From NCBI GenBank assembly GCA_010015585.1, contig ML975149.1: a stretch of 39,049 nucleotides of DNA; one strand, 5' to 3'. Of the stretch, positions 34,792 through 39,049 are shown one piece after another (position 1 is the stretch's first letter; the number at the start of each line of letters is the position of its first letter). The translations under genes and the position numbers were made by a program. This stretch comes from Eremomyces bilateralis CBS 781.70 (Eukaryota). A model generated the notes under the pieces. It was given only the letters and a program-made list of their open reading frames with translations, was not told where the DNA came from and searched no databases.

Positions 34792-36792
34792 GTGTGGACC
34801 ATTGCTATCTTTTCAAGGCGTCTTCATTGTTGTTCTTTCGATATGGGTTTCAAACGTCGCTCGGGTATCACTCCACAGACCGTCTCGTTACAGCCAACGG
34901 GAGAATTTGAAGGTAGTGATGGGCAGTGGTCGACATTCGCCGTCTCTGTCGGATCGGACAATCAGCCTTTTCGGGTGTTGGTATCGACCTCCTCTCCCTC
35001 TACGTGGATTCCAAGAGAAGGTTCCTGCAGCAATGGCAACCCACCCAGCAACTGTACCGGGTTAAGAGGGATAGAGGCGAACTTTGGCACCAAAAGCCAG
35101 GGATATCAACTCGCCCCGTCAAAGGAGTTGGACCAAGGTGTTTATCCTCTTAAAGTTGGAAACGACGATACGAAAGAACGATATGGACCATCTTTTGATA
35201 TGGCCGCGAGATTTGCGAACGACTCAATCAGCCTATCCAGCGACACTGGCAACGACGTGACACTGGATTCTCAAGTCATCGCTGCTTTTGTTACAAACAA
35301 AACTCTCCTGGGCACCTTGGGATTGTATTGGGGTCACAATACCTTTGGAAGAGTATCCGTAGGGTCGATGTTCTCCACGATCCCCAACAGCACCACCTCT
35401 TTTCGGCCGAGTCTCTCGTATGGATATACCGCGGGTGCAGTTTACTCACCCCCCAAATTCCTTGGTAGCTTGGTCATTGGAGGATACGATAGCTCAAGAT
35501 TTGATCCATCTCCGTATTCCTATGAGTTGGATAAGACCACAAAGGAGATGCGCCTCTCCGTGCAATCCATCAAAGCGGTCTATAAATCTGGGAGCGATGC
35601 TCTGGATTTATCGAGAGAGAGTTATGAACTTGAACGACACACTGTTCTTCTGGACTCCACCTTACCCTATATGTTCCTTCCGCGGAGCATTTGTGACCGG
35701 TTTGAAGAAGTGCTTGGTCTTACATACGACAACCGCACTGGTCTCTATTTAATGGATGAGGCAAATCGGTCAAAGCATCGCGATCTTAACACGACTATTC
35801 AGTTCAACCTTGCGGATGCCTACTCCTCAGCCAGTATCACACGCATTTCATTGCCATTTGTAGCCCTCGACCTCGAAGCCTCTTGGCCGACTGTTCCCAA
35901 CGGGAATCACACACGATTCTTTCCTATTAGAAGGGGCGTTGCATCCGATAAATACATCTTGGGCAGGGCATTTATGCAGGAAGCATACATCATTGTGGAC
36001 TATGAGCGGGGAAACTTTTCTGTCGCACAGTCACGAAATTTCGGTCCAGCCCCTTCACCAAACATCATCGCCATCACTTCGCCTCATACAAAGGAAAAGG
36101 AAGGTGGGCTCGGCGCTGGAGCCTTGGCCGGCATCGGTATCGGTGCTACAGTGGTGGTTATTGCCATGTGCGCGCTCGCCTGGTACTTGTTCAAGGGAAG
36201 GCAAAAGAAGACACCGAAAATTGAACTGGACGGCACAGCCGTGGAACCTGAAAAGCCTCCAGCCGACAGGGACCAGGACAGACGTCACACCGTATTCAGC
36301 ATCGCATCTTCCGAACTGCCCGGATCGCCCGTGCCCAGAATATCGATGCCCGGAATAGCGAGACTCATGAGTGGTCGACGTACCTCGGAGCTAGCCACAC
36401 CGGTGAATCTGGAAGGATACTTTGCGCCGCGCCTTAGAAAGACGGATTCGGCCGAAAGCAATGAGCTGAATACACCACCAGAACTCGAACCTATTCGACA
36501 ACAGCAACGGAATACATATATCCGCAATTCTACTGGAGGTTATAGCCCACCAAGTCCCATTGCCGAACTCCCTGGGAACACATGGGTTGGAAGTGGCGTA
36601 CCCGCTAGTACTTCAAGAACTCCTCCACAAAGCCCCCCGGAAAGCCTTTCGGACAGCTCTGCTACGATTCAAAACTCGCTTCGACAGCCATCCAGTTCTT
36701 CTGAGCAGAAATCGAAAGAGGAGTCACCTGAACCTTCCCAGGGCTCCGTGACCGATGGATATCCATGGATTGTAACCTCCCAAAATCGATGA
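34792..36792 (+). CDS. Membrane-anchored pepsin-like (A1) protein with degenerate first catalytic Asp; start uncertain
   Basis: Motifs EGSDGQWSTF, FRVLVSTSS, GSLVIGGYD, LLDSTLPY and ILGRAFMQEAYIIVDYE; TM segment GAGALAGIGIGATVVVIAMCALAWYLF; Ser/Pro-rich cytoplasmic tail. Confidence 0.85.
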   Translation: MWTIAIFSRRLHCCSFDMGFKRRSGITPQTVSLQPTGEFEGSDGQWSTFAVSVGSDNQPFRVLVSTSSPSTWIPREGSCSNGNPPSNCTGLRGIEANFGTKSQGYQLAPSKELDQGVYPLKVGNDDTKERYGPSFDMAARFANDSISLSSDTGNDVTLDSQVIAAFVTNKTLLGTLGLYWGHNTFGRVSVGSMFSTIPNSTTSFRPSLSYGYTAGAVYSPPKFLGSLVIGGYDSSRFDPSPYSYELDKTTKEMRLSVQSIKAVYKSGSDALDLSRESYELERHTVLLDSTLPYMFLPRSICDRFEEVLGLTYDNRTGLYLMDEANRSKHRDLNTTIQFNLADAYSSASITRISLPFVALDLEASWPTVPNGNHTRFFPIRRGVASDKYILGRAFMQEAYIIVDYERGNFSVAQSRNFGPAPSPNIIAITSPHTKEKEGGLGAGALAGIGIGATVVVIAMCALAWYLFKGRQKKTPKIELDGTAVEPEKPPADRDQDRRHTVFSIASSELPGSPVPRISMPGIARLMSGRRTSELATPVNLEGYFAPRLRKTDSAESNELNTPPELEPIRQQQRNTYIRNSTGGYSPPSPIAELPGNTWVGSGVPASTSRTPPQSPPESLSDSSATIQNSLRQPSSSSEQKSKEESPEPSQGSVTDGYPWIVTSQNR

Positions 36793-37134
36793 CCTTTTTG
36801 TACTGGACAGGTACCCATAGCCCTGGCGTAATACTAGTGGCCCTAGGTGGGCGAGTCTTCTATAGTGCTGCCCTTGTTCCCCTTCGCTGCGTATGGGTTG
36901 GCAGGCGAAGCTCAGAGCAATGAACAGTTTATAATTGGCAACGGCATGCTTTCATTCAGTGTTCTGTTCTGGCGCTGGGACCAGGGAAACCCAAATTACT
37001 TTCAATCGACCTGCCTTATCAATCATGTCGGCCAGAAGTGTCAACGTTTAATCCCATGTCTCTCTATGACGCTTCTCCACAGTGAAACTATTCTCCCTGT
37101 GCCTTTTGATCAGGTTCTTGTGTCTCCCGCTCCT

Positions 37135-37829
37135 TTAGCTTTGCCATCCACATGGAAGCGACACGAGCAGCATCCTCCCAATGTTTTCGTATCGAACCAG
37201 ATCCTTCGTCTTGAGAGACAGTCAAATCCGTGCCCAGGGCTCCTCATTCACAATAGAACTGAATATCAACCGCAAGTTCTTCCCCACCAGAATACCTTTC
37301 GGCGGAGATGTCGTCTTTCAAACTTTTGAGATACGAATGCACTTTCAGGATGTAGTCACCAACCGTAACGCCGTTTTCTCCAACGCTCGCTTCAACAAAC
37401 CGGGTTTAGCGGGAAATATCGATGGCAAGTCCCACAAAGGCATCAATCATGGGTTTGCTCGGACTCGGATTCTGAATCACAATCGCACCAACCCTTGGAG
37501 ACGAAATAATACTCACACAACGTATATACCTCCACATGGATCGACAAAGCCGGAAGACGGCGGATGGAGGACTTCGAGAGCGGATGGAAAGTCCCCTCCG
37601 GATTCTGGAACGGTCTAGCGGTCGATTGCACATCGGTTAGGGCGTCCAAGATCTTGATGTCGGACATTTCACCGAATATCGGCCACCGGATTCCGCAGGA
37701 TTGTTGAATGCGCTCATGTGACATCTGAGCCCACGCTTTAAATTGAATCTCCCTGTCGATTCCCGCCTTGTACCATTCATAGGGCTGCAGTGGGGTATTG
37801 GAGTTAGGGTTCGTTTATTTACTGTCCAT
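37135..37829 (-). pseudogene. Decayed fungal hypothetical protein gene
   Basis: Coding-like pieces (IRWPIFGEMSDIKIL…FHPLSKSSI; ENGVTVGDYILKVHSYLKSLKDDI) are separated by several stops and frameshifts. Confidence 0.45.
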
Positions 37830-38398
37830 AGTTGTTGCTAGTTTGAAGGTCGATATAATGTGAATCGTGTTTGGATGTGCGAAATACACTCTGCCAAGTT
37901 GAGTGATCAGTCGCAGAGGTACGGGATATAGAATTCGATATGGTGATGAAGTTATAACATGTCCACGAGGATCTGAGAAGATGGAGATCTGTTGATGGTG
38001 TCAGGTCTGCGGCTTCAGTTGGAGCCATTGGGCCTGGTGCCTGTACGTACATTAATTCATCCTTCACCCAATCACTTTCCACGTCCTCTTCCAACTCACA
38101 TAAACGAAGGATCAACCTACCGATTTAAAAGGACTTCAAGACCACATTTCTATCTCTAGAGGTGACGATTCAGACTTTCGACGACCCAAAGGTTGATGTT
38201 GAAGACTAATGTATTATCTGAAGGAGCCTGAGGCTACAAACTGCATTAATAATCTTGCTATGATTCTCATACGTTAACTATCACGAGCGTAGCGAGTTAC
38301 TAAAGTGGTCGAATCAAAAACTTTTTTCTCGCCCTCTGATTGGCTTGACAGGGGTTCGTGAACTTAAACCACGTGACTTTGGTCCTTTTCACCATTTC

Positions 38399-38620
38399 TG
38401 TTATAGTCCCAGGCCGGTTCCCTTGGTTGTGGCTGAAGACGTGGCTGGTGGATTATATCAGAGAAGCAAACAAATATGGTAACACAGCAGTAGGGCATTG
38501 GAGAGGAGAGTCGCTATCTCGCGCACACAAAGGTGCCGGGAGATTTCTTCTCTCTCTCTCTCTTCAGTTTAGATTAATGGAACTTGGTAATCGCAGACCT
38601 TGCGCATCCAGACCGTGTCA
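38399..38620 (+). mobile_element. LTR (222 bp) of the same family as 29852-30060; no matching TSD
   Basis: Ends TGTTATAGTCCCAGGCC...CCGTGTCA; the last ~66 bp are nearly identical to the first LTR. Flanks are ATTTC and ATACT. Confidence 0.8.
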
Positions 38621-38706
38621 ATACTCGGTCTGCTCCTCTGTATTTATGCATCATCTTCTTCTTTCCTCTAGATCTCTCTTTTCTAGACAATGGGAATCGC
38701 CAATAC

Positions 38707-39049
38707 TAGGGCTTGACACGAATAAGGATTTTAGGGCTGGACACGAATATTCGATTACGAATATTCGTACGAATATTCGTAGTCGAATACGAATAAAATT
38801 TAGAATTTCCGCTTACTAATATTCGTACGAATAATATTCGCATTATTCGTAATTATTCGTAATTATTCGTAAATCTCTGAAGCTATTTCCATGTATCTCG
38901 CAGCATCATAAGACGCCTCATAGTCTCTGCACTCATTGAGCTCCTCCGCACTCCTAAGAGATCTCTTCCCCCACTGAACAGTCTTTCGACTGATACCCCA
39001 GATGCTGGTATAGCCAAATAATCTCTGGCAGCTGCAGCCATACGTGGGT
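38707..39049 (-). mobile_element. 3' end of a hAT transposon: TIR, subterminal repeats and transposase C-terminus
   Basis: TAGGGCTGGACACGAATA at 38732 with a near copy at 38707, and many CGAATATTCG/TATTCG repeats. The minus strand 38883-39049 reads PRMAAAARDYLAIPASGVSVERLFSG/RDLLGVRRSSMSAETMRRLMML, with a 1-nt deletion. Confidence 0.88.

Noticed and set aside
29852..38620. The two LTRs as ends of one retroelement carrying captured genes
   Set aside because: The first LTR has its own TSD on both sides, the middles of the two LTRs differ, and no gag/pol, PBS or PPT is evident between them.

Overview
This is intron-containing genomic DNA from a filamentous ascomycete, in a transposon-rich, accessory-type region. 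Host-like genes are: a secreted His-rich Nod19/PHM-like protein, an SDR pseudogene, a Zn2Cys6 transcription factor divergently paired with a signal-peptide-bearing FMN alpha-hydroxy acid oxidase, a full-size ABCB/MDR transporter, an SGNH(CE3)+FG-GAP secreted protein cut off by a transposon, a GPI-type Pro/Thr-rich wall protein, and a membrane-anchored pepsin-like protein. The main mobile element is a 6.05 kb AcademH-type DNA transposon (16913-22963). It has 18-bp TAG...CTA terminal inverted repeats and convergent RecQ-like helicase and DUF6589-like DDE transposase genes, and it sits just upstream of the MDR gene. Also present are an intact piggyBac-family transposase with non-TTAA ends, a 434-bp fold-back Fot1/pogo-type MITE beside an array of probable excision footprints, two related LTRs, and hAT, MULE and Fot1 remnants. 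All calls come from reading the sequence and recognising motifs by eye; no searches were run.
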